The notes under the pieces were generated by a model that did no database searches, was not told where the DNA came from, and saw only the letters and a list, made by a program, of their open reading frames with translations. The position numbers and the translations under genes are program-made. From assembly GCA_947476255.1 (NCBI GenBank), contig CANJPY010000003.1:37551-101550 (forward strand): a DNA stretch of 64,000 nt, given 5' to 3'. The DNA comes from Chthoniobacteraceae bacterium. Lineage in GTDB: Bacteria; Verrucomicrobiota; Verrucomicrobiia; Chthoniobacterales; Chthoniobacteraceae. Of the stretch, positions 27,707 through 36,351 are shown piece by piece (the stretch's first letter is position 1; each line of letters starts with the position of its first letter).

Positions 27707-30559
27707 TTACTTGGTTTGGAAAAACGTGGACGCCACCGTCGCGTGAATGATTTCTTGCATCCTGTAGTCGTGCGATGCGGCGTACGCAGTGATCTGCTCC
27801 ACAGTGAGATGATCTGCATAACCAATCGGGCGGCCAAGGGCGTAGCAGAGCAGTTTCTCGGTGAAGCCTTTGATGAACTTTTCTTTCTCTGCCAGCAACG
27901 CCAACTTGAACTCGGAAACGGTTGCAAATTCCCTTCCACTCGGGAGTTTGCCGCTGACATCGAGCGCGGGTGAGGCTTTGTCTCCGCGCATGCCTTCGCC
28001 ATTTTGGCGGTCGCGCCACATGCCGATTGCATCGTAGTTTTCCAAGGCCGTGCCGAAAGGATCGACGCGGGTATGGCAACTCGCGCAGTTTTCGGAAGTC
28101 CGGTGTTCTTCGAGACGCTCACGCACGCTGCGCTGTTTTTTGTCCTTGAGTGGAGGCAAGTCTCCCGCGTTCGGCGGAGGCGGGGGTACTGGCTGATTCC
28201 AAAGTGTGTCGAGCACCCAAGTGGCGCGGCGCACTGGGAGCGTGCGTGTGCCGTCGGCGAGGTAGGTGAGGATTCCTGACATTCCTAGCACGCCTCCTCG
28301 GCGGTGATCCGCAGGCGCCTGCACGCGGCGGAAGGAATCTCCTTCAACGCTTTCAACACCGTAGTGCCTCGCCATGCGTTCGTTGATGACAAGGAAATCG
28401 CTGTCGAGGAAATAGGTGATGGGAAGGTTGTTTTTCAACAGTTCGTTGAAAAATTCCAGAGGTTCGCGTTTTGAGCTGTCGCGAAGCGTGTCATCGTAGT
28501 CTCGATAAAACGCACGGTTGGGCGGGTTGCCGTTGTCGAAGTTCCGCACGCCGAGCCATTGTCCGGCGAAGTTGCGGACAAACTCCCAGGATTTCGGGTC
28601 TGCAAGCATGCGCTTGACTTGAGCGGTCAGAACCCCGGGATCACGCAGCTTGTTCTGGGAGGCGAGGTCATAGAGTTGGGCGTCCGGCGCGCTGCTCCAG
28701 AGCAGATAGGACAGACGGCTTGCGAATAACCAGTCATCAACGGGCTGCGGGTCTGGCCGGGATTTGGCAGTCACGCTTGACGGCGTCCCATCAGCGTGGG
28801 TTTCTTCGCTGCCGAGATACAGGAACGTTGGCGAGCAGAGGACGTTTTTGACTCCCGCTCGGACTGCCTCGGTAAAGGAAAGACTGGCTTCTGCTTTTGT
28901 CGCGAGCGTCCAGCGCACAATGCGATCCAATTCCTCGGGCGTTGTTTTTCTGCGGTAGGCTCGAGGCAGAAATTTCGCGAAGATCGCTCGTAGATAGGCG
29001 TCATCTTCGCGTTCTTCTCCCTCAAAAAACAAGACATGACGCCCGGTTGGAGGCCACTCGAGAAGGGGGCCTTCCCATTCCGCTGTTCCCAACCAGATTC
29101 TGGGACGGTCGGCGATGTCCCGTTTTGGATCGAAAATGTAATACGGGCCTTCGAACGTTCTGCGGTTTTCGAGCGCAGTCGCAAAAGCTTCCTCCTGTTT
29201 TTTTTGCAGGGATGCTATTTCCTCTGGTGGTTTCTTTTCGGTTTTTGCCTTGATGAGGTCGTTGGCAATCGAGTTGGGCTTGTATTGTACGTCGTGGTAG
29301 GCGGGGTTGAGCTTGGTGATGTCTTGGTCGCCGTTGTCCCAGCCGATGTTGAAGGAGCGATTCGTGCCGGGCGGGCCGGCTTGAAGATACATGACAAACT
29401 CGTACTCCTTCGGTTCCTCGAGGGGAGCGTCTACGACCACTGTTTTCATCACTTCAAAGGGACTTCCGTAGCAATATTCTGCTGTTAGGCGAACGTCTTT
29501 CTGAGCCTCCTTGCCCCGTCCAGCAAACGCGCCCGCCTTGATACGAAACCGATACCATCCGTCGCGCGTCACCCCTTTTTTTCCCCAATCCCACGCATAA
29601 AAGCCGCTTCGCAGGTTTCCCGGCTTTCGGTAGTTGTTGCCCCCTGAAAGATATTCGATGCCTCCGTTTTTGAGCGTCCACGGAAATGGACCGTGAGGCA
29701 CGTAGCGTTTTTCCTTTGAGTTTCGATCGTTGAAAGTATCGACGTAGATCGTACGCAACGGTTCTTTGAGCGTTGCCACAAATCCTGGCGTGGGATTGTC
29801 GTCCAAGATTTTGCCGGTCTCATCCTTGTAAGCAACGCCAATCCCGTGGACGTATTTTACTGCGGTTGGGTCCCACGTGAGTTTCGTCACCTCGGGTTTC
29901 TGGGCAAAGACACCTTCAGCGAGCACCATGTCCGCCACTGCAATGTAGCGATCCAACTGCCCCTCATCCATAAAGAGACTCGCCGCTCCGCGATCAAAAC
30001 CGCCGACTTTGCCGTCAGCCGGCAATTCTTTTTCAATCCGCCTCGCAAATCCTTCCTCCAATGAAAAAAGCTCCCGTACCGTATTGGAATACTCCACGCG
30101 GTTCATCCGCCGCATGGGAACCCGTCCCCCCGCACCTTGCGCTTGCTTGGTTGTTTCCTCAAGTTTCTGGGCGACCCACGAAACGACGGTAAACGCGTGG
30201 GTGGGATCTGGGCGCGTTTTTTTTGGCGGTGGCATTTCACCGGAGTTGATTTTGTCCATCACCTCTTTCCACATCCCAGCGTTGTTTCCAGAGGCAAAAT
30301 CGTCGGTCAGTAAGTCAATGCGAAAGCCCGCGCGCGCGCTGCCAGCATCGTGGCAATCCATGCAATGCGCCTCGATGAAAGACGACGTAGGTCTTGGCAA
30401 TTCCGCAGCTTGACTGTGTGGTTGGAAAGCGAGCAACCAAAGGAGGCCAAGGATCAGGCGCGAGCGCTTTGGGTGGTTGGAAGCCCGATGATGTTCAGGG
30501 CGAAGATGGAATGCAAAGATTCGGGACGCTCGGTCCTGTAGTAATTGCTTTGTCATCAT
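27707..30559 (-). CDS. DUF1587/DUF1595/DUF1592/DUF1588/DUF1585-type secreted CxxCH protein (950 aa)
   Basis: The N-terminus has CMDCHDAGSARAGFRIDL...INSGEMPP. There is a single central module (GWYRFRIKAGA ... AEWEGP). The DUF1592/1588 region has LSYLLWSSAPD, FAGQWLGVRNF and GVLGMSGILT. The C-terminus has CASCHTRVDPFGTALENYD, which is DUF1585-like. Confidence 0.92.
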   Translation of the reverse strand: MMTKQLLQDRASRIFAFHLRPEHHRASNHPKRSRLILGLLWLLAFQPHSQAAELPRPTSSFIEAHCMDCHDAGSARAGFRIDLLTDDFASGNNAGMWKEVMDKINSGEMPPPKKTRPDPTHAFTVVSWVAQKLEETTKQAQGAGGRVPMRRMNRVEYSNTVRELFSLEEGFARRIEKELPADGKVGGFDRGAASLFMDEGQLDRYIAVADMVLAEGVFAQKPEVTKLTWDPTAVKYVHGIGVAYKDETGKILDDNPTPGFVATLKEPLRTIYVDTFNDRNSKEKRYVPHGPFPWTLKNGGIEYLSGGNNYRKPGNLRSGFYAWDWGKKGVTRDGWYRFRIKAGAFAGRGKEAQKDVRLTAEYCYGSPFEVMKTVVVDAPLEEPKEYEFVMYLQAGPPGTNRSFNIGWDNGDQDITKLNPAYHDVQYKPNSIANDLIKAKTEKKPPEEIASLQKKQEEAFATALENRRTFEGPYYIFDPKRDIADRPRIWLGTAEWEGPLLEWPPTGRHVLFFEGEEREDDAYLRAIFAKFLPRAYRRKTTPEELDRIVRWTLATKAEASLSFTEAVRAGVKNVLCSPTFLYLGSEETHADGTPSSVTAKSRPDPQPVDDWLFASRLSYLLWSSAPDAQLYDLASQNKLRDPGVLTAQVKRMLADPKSWEFVRNFAGQWLGVRNFDNGNPPNRAFYRDYDDTLRDSSKREPLEFFNELLKNNLPITYFLDSDFLVINERMARHYGVESVEGDSFRRVQAPADHRRGGVLGMSGILTYLADGTRTLPVRRATWVLDTLWNQPVPPPPPNAGDLPPLKDKKQRSVRERLEEHRTSENCASCHTRVDPFGTALENYDAIGMWRDRQNGEGMRGDKASPALDVSGKLPSGREFATVSEFKLALLAEKEKFIKGFTEKLLCYALGRPIGYADHLTVEQITAYAASHDYRMQEIIHATVASTFFQTK

Positions 30560-30958
30560 GGAGGAAAAAGGGGGGGGCGCTCTAGGGCGCGGATTAAAGG
30601 AAAAAGGCTCAAGAGATACCCTCCGCTTATCCGAATCTTAGTCAGTTGCCGGATTTTGGGTAGGGGGAAGTGGGTGTTGCCGGTAGTCCATGAAAAAAGG
30701 GACCGCTCTGGGAGTGATGGCCTGGTTGGTAAGGAACCGAGTGGCCACTAGATGGCCCGAAGAAGACGAGTCTGGATGGTCCTTTCTTGGGCGGAGGCTC
30801 GGGACTCAGACCGCGGTGAATGAATGCCGAAGATCGTTTTACACGGTGCGTTAAAATACTTGCGTCTGAGTGAAACCCGTCTCCGTAGAATGGATGGAGA
30901 GGTCACTATTTCCGTGCGGGCGCAAAGCCCATTCTGGTTGTACCGGGCCTTGCACCGG

Positions 30959-31022
30959 CCTTAAAAGCGGACTTAAAAGCGGACTTAAAAGCGGACTTAA
31001 AAGCGGCCTTAAAAGCGGCCTT
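30959..31022. repeat. 12-nt tandem repeat, about 5.3 copies ((C/A)CTTAAAAGCGG)
   Basis: Read directly: ccttaaaagcgg acttaaaagcgg acttaaaagcgg acttaaaagcgg ccttaaaagcgg cctt. It sits in the 5' intergenic region between divergent genes. Confidence 0.95.
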
Positions 31023-31096
31023 GGAGGGGTGGATGGAAACCGTGCCGCGGGAGCACGTTTAGAATCTGTTGAAGAGGGGTTCGAATCTGGGGGAAT

Positions 31097-33607
31097 ATGA
31101 AAACACGCAAAGGTAAGGATCGGTTTGGAGGCAAATGTGCTGTGCTGACAGAGAAGGGGACTTGGTTTTGTAATGGGCAACCTCTAAGCGATGCGGACGC
31201 GAGGAACAACGGTGCTGCGCTGTGGCGGTACCCGCGAGAAGGTCCCCCAGGTGGGCTGGGCGCGGATCGCGCGCGCGGTCTGCGCGGTCTGCGCACGCGC
31301 GCATGTGGAGCGAAGCGCTTGAGCGGGATTCTATGGGCAACCTTATTTTTAGCGGTGTTTATCGGAGTTCTGTCGCCCGCCCGGGGGAGCATCGCCTTTG
31401 GCTCCATCAATAATTTTGACGTGGTCAACGACACGGGGGCGATATGTCACGGGTTTGAGATCGAGATCGATGGCATCCGAAGCAAGGATATCACCTACAC
31501 CTACGACTGGAACCACTATGGGGTGCCCACTATCACTGAGGATATTAGCAACCCCATGCTTCCCAGAGTGTTTGTGCGCTACCAAAGTGCAAAGAACCCT
31601 GATGGATCGTGGGCCTCTTTTACGGCGATACCGGCGGCACCCATTGGCCCTACGGACGGGCACCAGTTTACCAACCCATCGGTTAATTTTGGCGGTGAAC
31701 ACTTCGGAGTAGGCTTTTATGGGACACCCGTTTCCGTACAGTACCACTGGCTCATAGACAACGGCGCAGGCGGCTTGGGTTTTGGCGGGGCCGTGAATAT
31801 TGCGACGCCGGCGTTTTCCTACTTTCCGCCGGTGAATGCGGCTCCCGCCCAAGTTCAGGCGGTCATAGTGCCTCCGCCGCCGCCGGAGCTTCCGGCGCTT
31901 GAATTCGGAGAGGCGATTTGGGTGAAAGTAACGAAGACATCCACCCACAGTTCCAAGAAGGTGGAATTAAAGGACCTTGTTTCGGATGATCCGAACGATC
32001 CCAACGACAAGAATTGGACCAATGGGGAGCCGGATGAAGTGGAGGTGGAGTGGCAGATTCTTCAGACGGATTTTAAGGCGGGCAACGGGGGCAAGAATGG
32101 CGAGTTGGCAAGTGCGGCAGACGCACTTAAAAATGGAGATGAGGTGGTGACCCTGCGATATGACTTTTTCAAATATATCGGGCCGCTTGACCCGGAGACA
32201 GGTGAGGCACTCGCCGAGAATGTGGGCCCAGATGGATTGCACGGAGTGGGAACGGCGCAAATCGGAGGGCTGGAGGTGGACTTGGCAACGGTGGTGGTCG
32301 TGGGAGACTACATCGGGGCCCAAATGGCGGGCTTCGATGCGGCGGCGCAGATCGGACTGATTGATCATCTGCAGGACGGGGTTCTTAACACCCCCTATGT
32401 GGAGCGGACGCTGGTGGTGGGAGGAACCCCACCGATTATAAGCGTCCGGACAGGCGCGCTTCCCAACGGGCTGACCTTTGACCCAGTCACGGGAGTGCTC
32501 TCGGGCATCCCCGCGCAAAGCGGTTCATTCCCGTTCACTCTACACTCAACGGATGCGAGCGCCAAGGGAGGGGATGTGACGAACTCGTATGTGCTGACGA
32601 TTTTGGAAGACGGCCAGTTGCCCCCGCCGCCCCATCTTACGGTCACAACAGTGGCTGTCCCGGCCCAAGGGGGAGTGACAAAGGGCGGGGGCGAGTACGC
32701 TCTCGGTGCCTTGGTGACCGTGGTGGCGGTGGAAACGCCAGGCAACGCGTTTTTAAATTGGACGGAAGGCGGCACCATTGTTGCGACGACGGAGAGTTAT
32801 TCCTTCACGGGGAACGTCAACCGGAAATTGGAGGCGAATTTTCTTCCCACCTACGAGATCAGCCCGAGTGCGGCCCCAGATGAGGGCGGTGTTGTCAGCG
32901 GTGCGGGCCTCTACCGGAGTGGTGATCTGGTCACACTGATGGCGGCTCCCAATGCTGGGTTTCGGTTTCTAAATTGGACAGAGGGCGGTGTGGAGGTGCG
33001 TTCCTCGCAGGCGTACACGCTCAAGGTGGAGGGCCCGCGCTCGCCTGTGGCGCACTTTGAAAAAATAACCTGCCAGATCGTGACCTCTTCCCTCCCTGCT
33101 CAGGGAGGAGCCACAAGTGGAGGAGGGGCGTTTTTCTGGGGTGAAAAGGTGACGGTTCTGGCGACGCCAAATCCGGGATACCTGTTTCAAAGTTGGACTG
33201 AGGCTGGTCGCGTGGTGAGTCTGAACCCGGAGTACGCGTTCGTTGCGGAGAATTCGCGCACGCTCGTGGCGAAATTTACCCCCCAGAAGCCACCTCTGGC
33301 TATCGGAGCGTTGCACTTGGTTTCTCCGGTAATCGGGGGCATGCGCAGCCTGGGGGTAGTCACCATTGACGGGAAGGCACCGCTCGGGGGCGTTTCAGTG
33401 GTTCTGGAAAATTCGGCACCACTCGTGTTACGCGTGCCACGGACGGTTGTGATTCCTAAAGATAAAAAGTCCGCAACCTTCAGAATCGACACAACCAAAG
33501 TGAGCAAGGTCACGGAAGTGATTGTTAGAGCCAAACTCAATGGCTCGGAACGCGCGGGGACGGTGAAGGTGGTTGGCCATAAATTCCACGGAAACCATGG
33601 ACACTGA
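31097..33607 (+). CDS. Surface protein: novel N-terminal domain, putative Ig (He_PIG/cadherin-like) domain, about 4 divergent InlB B-repeat domains
   Basis: The Ig-like segment is LPNGLTFDPVTGVLSGIPAQSGSFPFTLHSTD. Four repeats of about 75 aa have the form P..GG.V.G.G.Y..G..VT..A.PN.GF.F..WTEGG. Proline linkers (PPPPPELP, LPPPPH) are present. The start is uncertain: the ATG at 31097 gives an Arg/Gly-rich 74-aa lead, whereas the in-frame TTG at 31319 would begin just before the hydrophobic segment ILWATLFLAVFIGVLSPARG. Confidence 0.8.
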   Translation: MKTRKGKDRFGGKCAVLTEKGTWFCNGQPLSDADARNNGAALWRYPREGPPGGLGADRARGLRGLRTRACGAKRLSGILWATLFLAVFIGVLSPARGSIAFGSINNFDVVNDTGAICHGFEIEIDGIRSKDITYTYDWNHYGVPTITEDISNPMLPRVFVRYQSAKNPDGSWASFTAIPAAPIGPTDGHQFTNPSVNFGGEHFGVGFYGTPVSVQYHWLIDNGAGGLGFGGAVNIATPAFSYFPPVNAAPAQVQAVIVPPPPPELPALEFGEAIWVKVTKTSTHSSKKVELKDLVSDDPNDPNDKNWTNGEPDEVEVEWQILQTDFKAGNGGKNGELASAADALKNGDEVVTLRYDFFKYIGPLDPETGEALAENVGPDGLHGVGTAQIGGLEVDLATVVVVGDYIGAQMAGFDAAAQIGLIDHLQDGVLNTPYVERTLVVGGTPPIISVRTGALPNGLTFDPVTGVLSGIPAQSGSFPFTLHSTDASAKGGDVTNSYVLTILEDGQLPPPPHLTVTTVAVPAQGGVTKGGGEYALGALVTVVAVETPGNAFLNWTEGGTIVATTESYSFTGNVNRKLEANFLPTYEISPSAAPDEGGVVSGAGLYRSGDLVTLMAAPNAGFRFLNWTEGGVEVRSSQAYTLKVEGPRSPVAHFEKITCQIVTSSLPAQGGATSGGGAFFWGEKVTVLATPNPGYLFQSWTEAGRVVSLNPEYAFVAENSRTLVAKFTPQKPPLAIGALHLVSPVIGGMRSLGVVTIDGKAPLGGVSVVLENSAPLVLRVPRTVVIPKDKKSATFRIDTTKVSKVTEVIVRAKLNGSERAGTVKVVGHKFHGNHGH

Positions 33608-34007
33608 GTTTGATGTTACGCCAGGGCGAGCAGCCTTCCTCTCCTGCCAAAGTCTGCTCGCGCGTCATCGTACAGAGGCACTCCCACCATTATTTATCCA
33701 AAAAACGGCAGTGCACAATTAGAGGCTGGAGGCGTCTTCGCGATTAAGCTGTGGTTGAGCGTAGCTCCTACTCGACCGGACCTCTCATCAAATTATTGCA
33801 TCTCGGAGGTATGCCAGACTCCACGCGTATTGCCTCCACCTCGTTCATTCATATCAGACCCAGTCAGCCTTCTTTTGTCTGGCATCCCTTTGGGATGCGT
33901 GGCTGGGGGAAGGACGGAACCGGTGGGGTCGCTACGCTCAACCACCTCAGATGTTGGTTAATGGCTGAGAATCCTCCGGGTTCAGGAGCTACTCAGCCTC
34001 GAGGAAA

Positions 34008-34077
34008 CATGAGGTCGCATGAGGGCGCATGAGGGCGCATGAGGTCGCATGAGGTCGCATGAGGTCGCATGAGGGCG
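34008..34077. repeat. 10-nt tandem repeat, 7 copies (CATGAGG[T/G]CG)
   Basis: Read directly. The order of unit variants is T,G,G,T,T,T,G. It lies in the 660-nt gap between convergent genes (33607 plus, 34266 minus). Confidence 0.95.
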
Positions 34078-34265
34078 ACCGCCATGTCATCCCCGTCGTT
34101 GGAGACAGGGTACGGAGACTCACCCACAGGCGCGTCTGCCTGCCTATTTATCTTAGGTTCAGGCGTGCGAAAACAGCGTTTGCCACAGTGGGCCTCCGCT
34201 ATTTAACAAAACCTGTCGGGGAAAGTCGCACGTGGAAGATGTGCCTCGCAGATAACCAGAAGGCT

Positions 34266-34889
34266 TCAGAGGACGGGAGCTTGAGCTTTTCTTGAGAAAC
34301 CACCTTTGATAACGGTTAAAAAGCCCCCGATTTTGCAGAATATTTTCGGAATGATGAACCAAAGGGCGATCAGTACTGCCAGGCAAACGCTGGCTGTGAC
34401 ATACGGGTATCGGAGCAATAAAATCGTTCCGGTGGCAACTGCGGCGTCTTCAGCAACAGAAAGCACTGCGTTGCTGACAGGCTCTGGAGATGCGTTGGCA
34501 ATTAAGCGAGTGCCCATTTTGGCCGTGTGCGTGGTCGCACTCGCCATTCCTGCCAAGAGGGCAGCTGCAACAGACCACTCCGTCGAGACAGCACCAAGGC
34601 TGCTCAGGCAGGCAGCCATGGCTCCGATCGGCCTGATCAATGTGTGCACCGTGTCCCAGACAGAATCAACCACGGGAATCTTGTCTGCTACCATTTCTAA
34701 GGCGCAAATGACTCCTGATATCCCAATAATCCATGGATTTGCGAGAGATTCCAGACCCTGAAAATGGTCCTGCACCTGAAGGATATTAAATCGGATTGCC
34801 ACCCCGGTCAGGAATGTCGCGAGGTACAAATTAACGCCGGAAAGCGCACCAAAACCAAGAGATGTACTGAGGAGGAGAACTGGATTCAT
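34266..34889 (-). CDS. DUF4126 family membrane protein
   Basis: The protein is 207 aa with an ATG at 34889. The N-terminus MNPVLLLSTSLGFGALSGVNLYLATFLTG, the central block MVADKIPVVDSVWDTVHT and the hydrophobic C-terminal helices match my recollection of DUF4126. Confidence 0.8.
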   Translation of the reverse strand: MNPVLLLSTSLGFGALSGVNLYLATFLTGVAIRFNILQVQDHFQGLESLANPWIIGISGVICALEMVADKIPVVDSVWDTVHTLIRPIGAMAACLSSLGAVSTEWSVAAALLAGMASATTHTAKMGTRLIANASPEPVSNAVLSVAEDAAVATGTILLLRYPYVTASVCLAVLIALWFIIPKIFCKIGGFLTVIKGGFSRKAQAPVL

Positions 34890-35287
34890 TTTGACCCAAA
34901 ATCCGAAATGTAATCATTCTGCTGTGAGGTCTTTGGTTAGATAGAGTGACGACACGAGAAGCAACTCCAAATCTTGTACGAGACGAAGCAGCTCATGTTT
35001 TGCGCCTCCGTTCTCGAAAGATCCAGTTCTTTTGCACATTTATCACTGACAGAGGGCGGCTGCCAACGATGACGAGGATGCAAGGGAGGTGTGGAGGGAC
35101 TCCAACAAACGAGGGACCATCTACCGGTGCATTAAAGAAAATAAAACAGATTCACAGCCATCCCACAGCCTGAGGAAAACGGGTTCTTAAAGGAATTTTA
35201 CACAGAGAGAACGGCGAAATTTGAGTGGAGGCAATTGCAGTTTTTACGGGCAGAATTTTTTCTCAGGTGGATGCTGTCCCATGAGGT

Positions 35288-35836
35288 TTACGTTGTTGAA
35301 GGGATGTTTTGTGCTGCGGGAGGGGGCATCCCAGAGAGCCAGAGCAGCTGCCAGGCTTCCTGAAGCGCCCCGATAAATCGTATTTGCCCCGATGCTGTCC
35401 CATCGCTTTTTAAGAGCCCAAGCAGGTCGAGCCGTTCCCAAACCGCGGAGCGCACCACCGCAAAGAGTTGCGTAAAGCTCTGCGCCCAGGCTGACAAAAA
35501 TCCTTGGAAGCGCAGCAGCACGTACACCAGTAGAGCCGTGTACACCTGCCAGCGCACTGCGTTGGCGCTATGACCTTAAAAAATGCTCAGCTTCAAGGTC
35601 TGTTTGACCTGTTTAAAAAGCACCTCAATGTCCCAGCGCTTGCGGTAGAGGTCGCAAACCGAGCGAGGGCTCCAGCTTAGATTGTTGGTGATAAAACCCA
35701 TCAAGCGTTCTTCTCCGTCCATTTCGAGCATCACCTCCACGCGTCGCAGCAGAACGCCCTCGTGCTTGGCGTTCTTGAGGACGACGAGCTGGTCCTTGAG
35801 AGTGCCTTTGACGCCTTTGGTGAGGGTCCACATCAA
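35288..35836 (-). pseudogene. IS4-family DDE transposase remnant (C-terminal about 180 aa, frameshifted, 5'-truncated)
   Basis: ORF 35576..35836 contains YRKRWDIEVLFKQVKQTLKLS, the IS4 DDE_Tnp_1 signature around the catalytic E. The continuation GHSANAVRWQVYTALLVYVLLRF is in another frame (ORF 35288..35557). The shift occurs at the T-run near 35570-35576. There is no N-terminal half. Confidence 0.75.
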
Positions 35837-36077
35837 TGAGCGGGTACGCGGCTGGATCGGGTACTTTGACTACGCGCAAAGGGATGAGGTGTTTGGGAAG
35901 ATGCAGAGGCAGGTGTGTAATCGAGTCCGGAGATGGCTGTGGAAGAAACACGCCAAGAGCCGGGCGCATTACGGGCCGCAGTATCGGAACGAACGCCGCG
36001 CGGCAATGCAAATGAAGCAAACCGGAGAACAGCCTCCGAGAGCCAGATGCGGGAAATCCGCCCGTCCGGTTCGATGA
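35832..36077 (+). mobile_element. Group II intron reverse transcriptase/maturase fragment (C-terminal maturase/X domain only)
   Basis: INERVRGWIGYFDYAQRDEVFGKMQRQVCNRVRRWLWKKH matches the RGWxxYF maturase motif. It abuts the truncated IS4 remnant at about 35835. A 12-bp hairpin follows (GGGAGATGAGGA at 36080..36091 pairing with TCCTCGTCTCCC at 36118..36129, one G-U pair). No RT fingers/palm domain is present. Confidence 0.6.
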
Positions 36078-36351
36078 GGGGGAGATGAGGACAGGGAGTG
36101 GTTGTGGCCGCAAACTATCCTCGTCTCCCTACTCTATTAGGCGGAGTGAAATTGGGGCATGCCGCTCGGAAAACGGTGTTGTCAATCTCGGGAGGTGAGG
36201 TGGAATTGCAAAGCACATCCACCTGCGCGAGAGAATTTTCGTGTGGAAAAGCGATCTCCTGGCGACTCGGTATTCGTAGTTTAACAAGGCGCAGCAGCGG
36301 AAATCGAGAACGCCATATACCTTTACTTTTTTGAGCCTAGCGGTATTGCAC

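Noticed and set aside
31078-31087. GGTTCGAATC, a tRNA T-loop-like string
   Set aside because: The flanking bases do not form a T-stem, and no acceptor, D or anticodon arms can be drawn around it.
30851-31180. ORFs spanning the 12-nt repeat that encode (GLKS)n or (PLLS)n
   Set aside because: The periodic peptide is a by-product of a repeat whose length is a multiple of 3. The flanks have no protein-like features.
30959-34077. Whether the two short tandem arrays could be CRISPR arrays
   Set aside because: The units are 10-12 nt, directly adjacent with no spacers. There are no cas genes in the window.
35682-35831. 5' two-fifths of + ORF 35682..36077
   Set aside because: This part is merely antisense to the IS4 transposase fragment. 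Only the segment from about 35832 onward shows maturase-like sequence.
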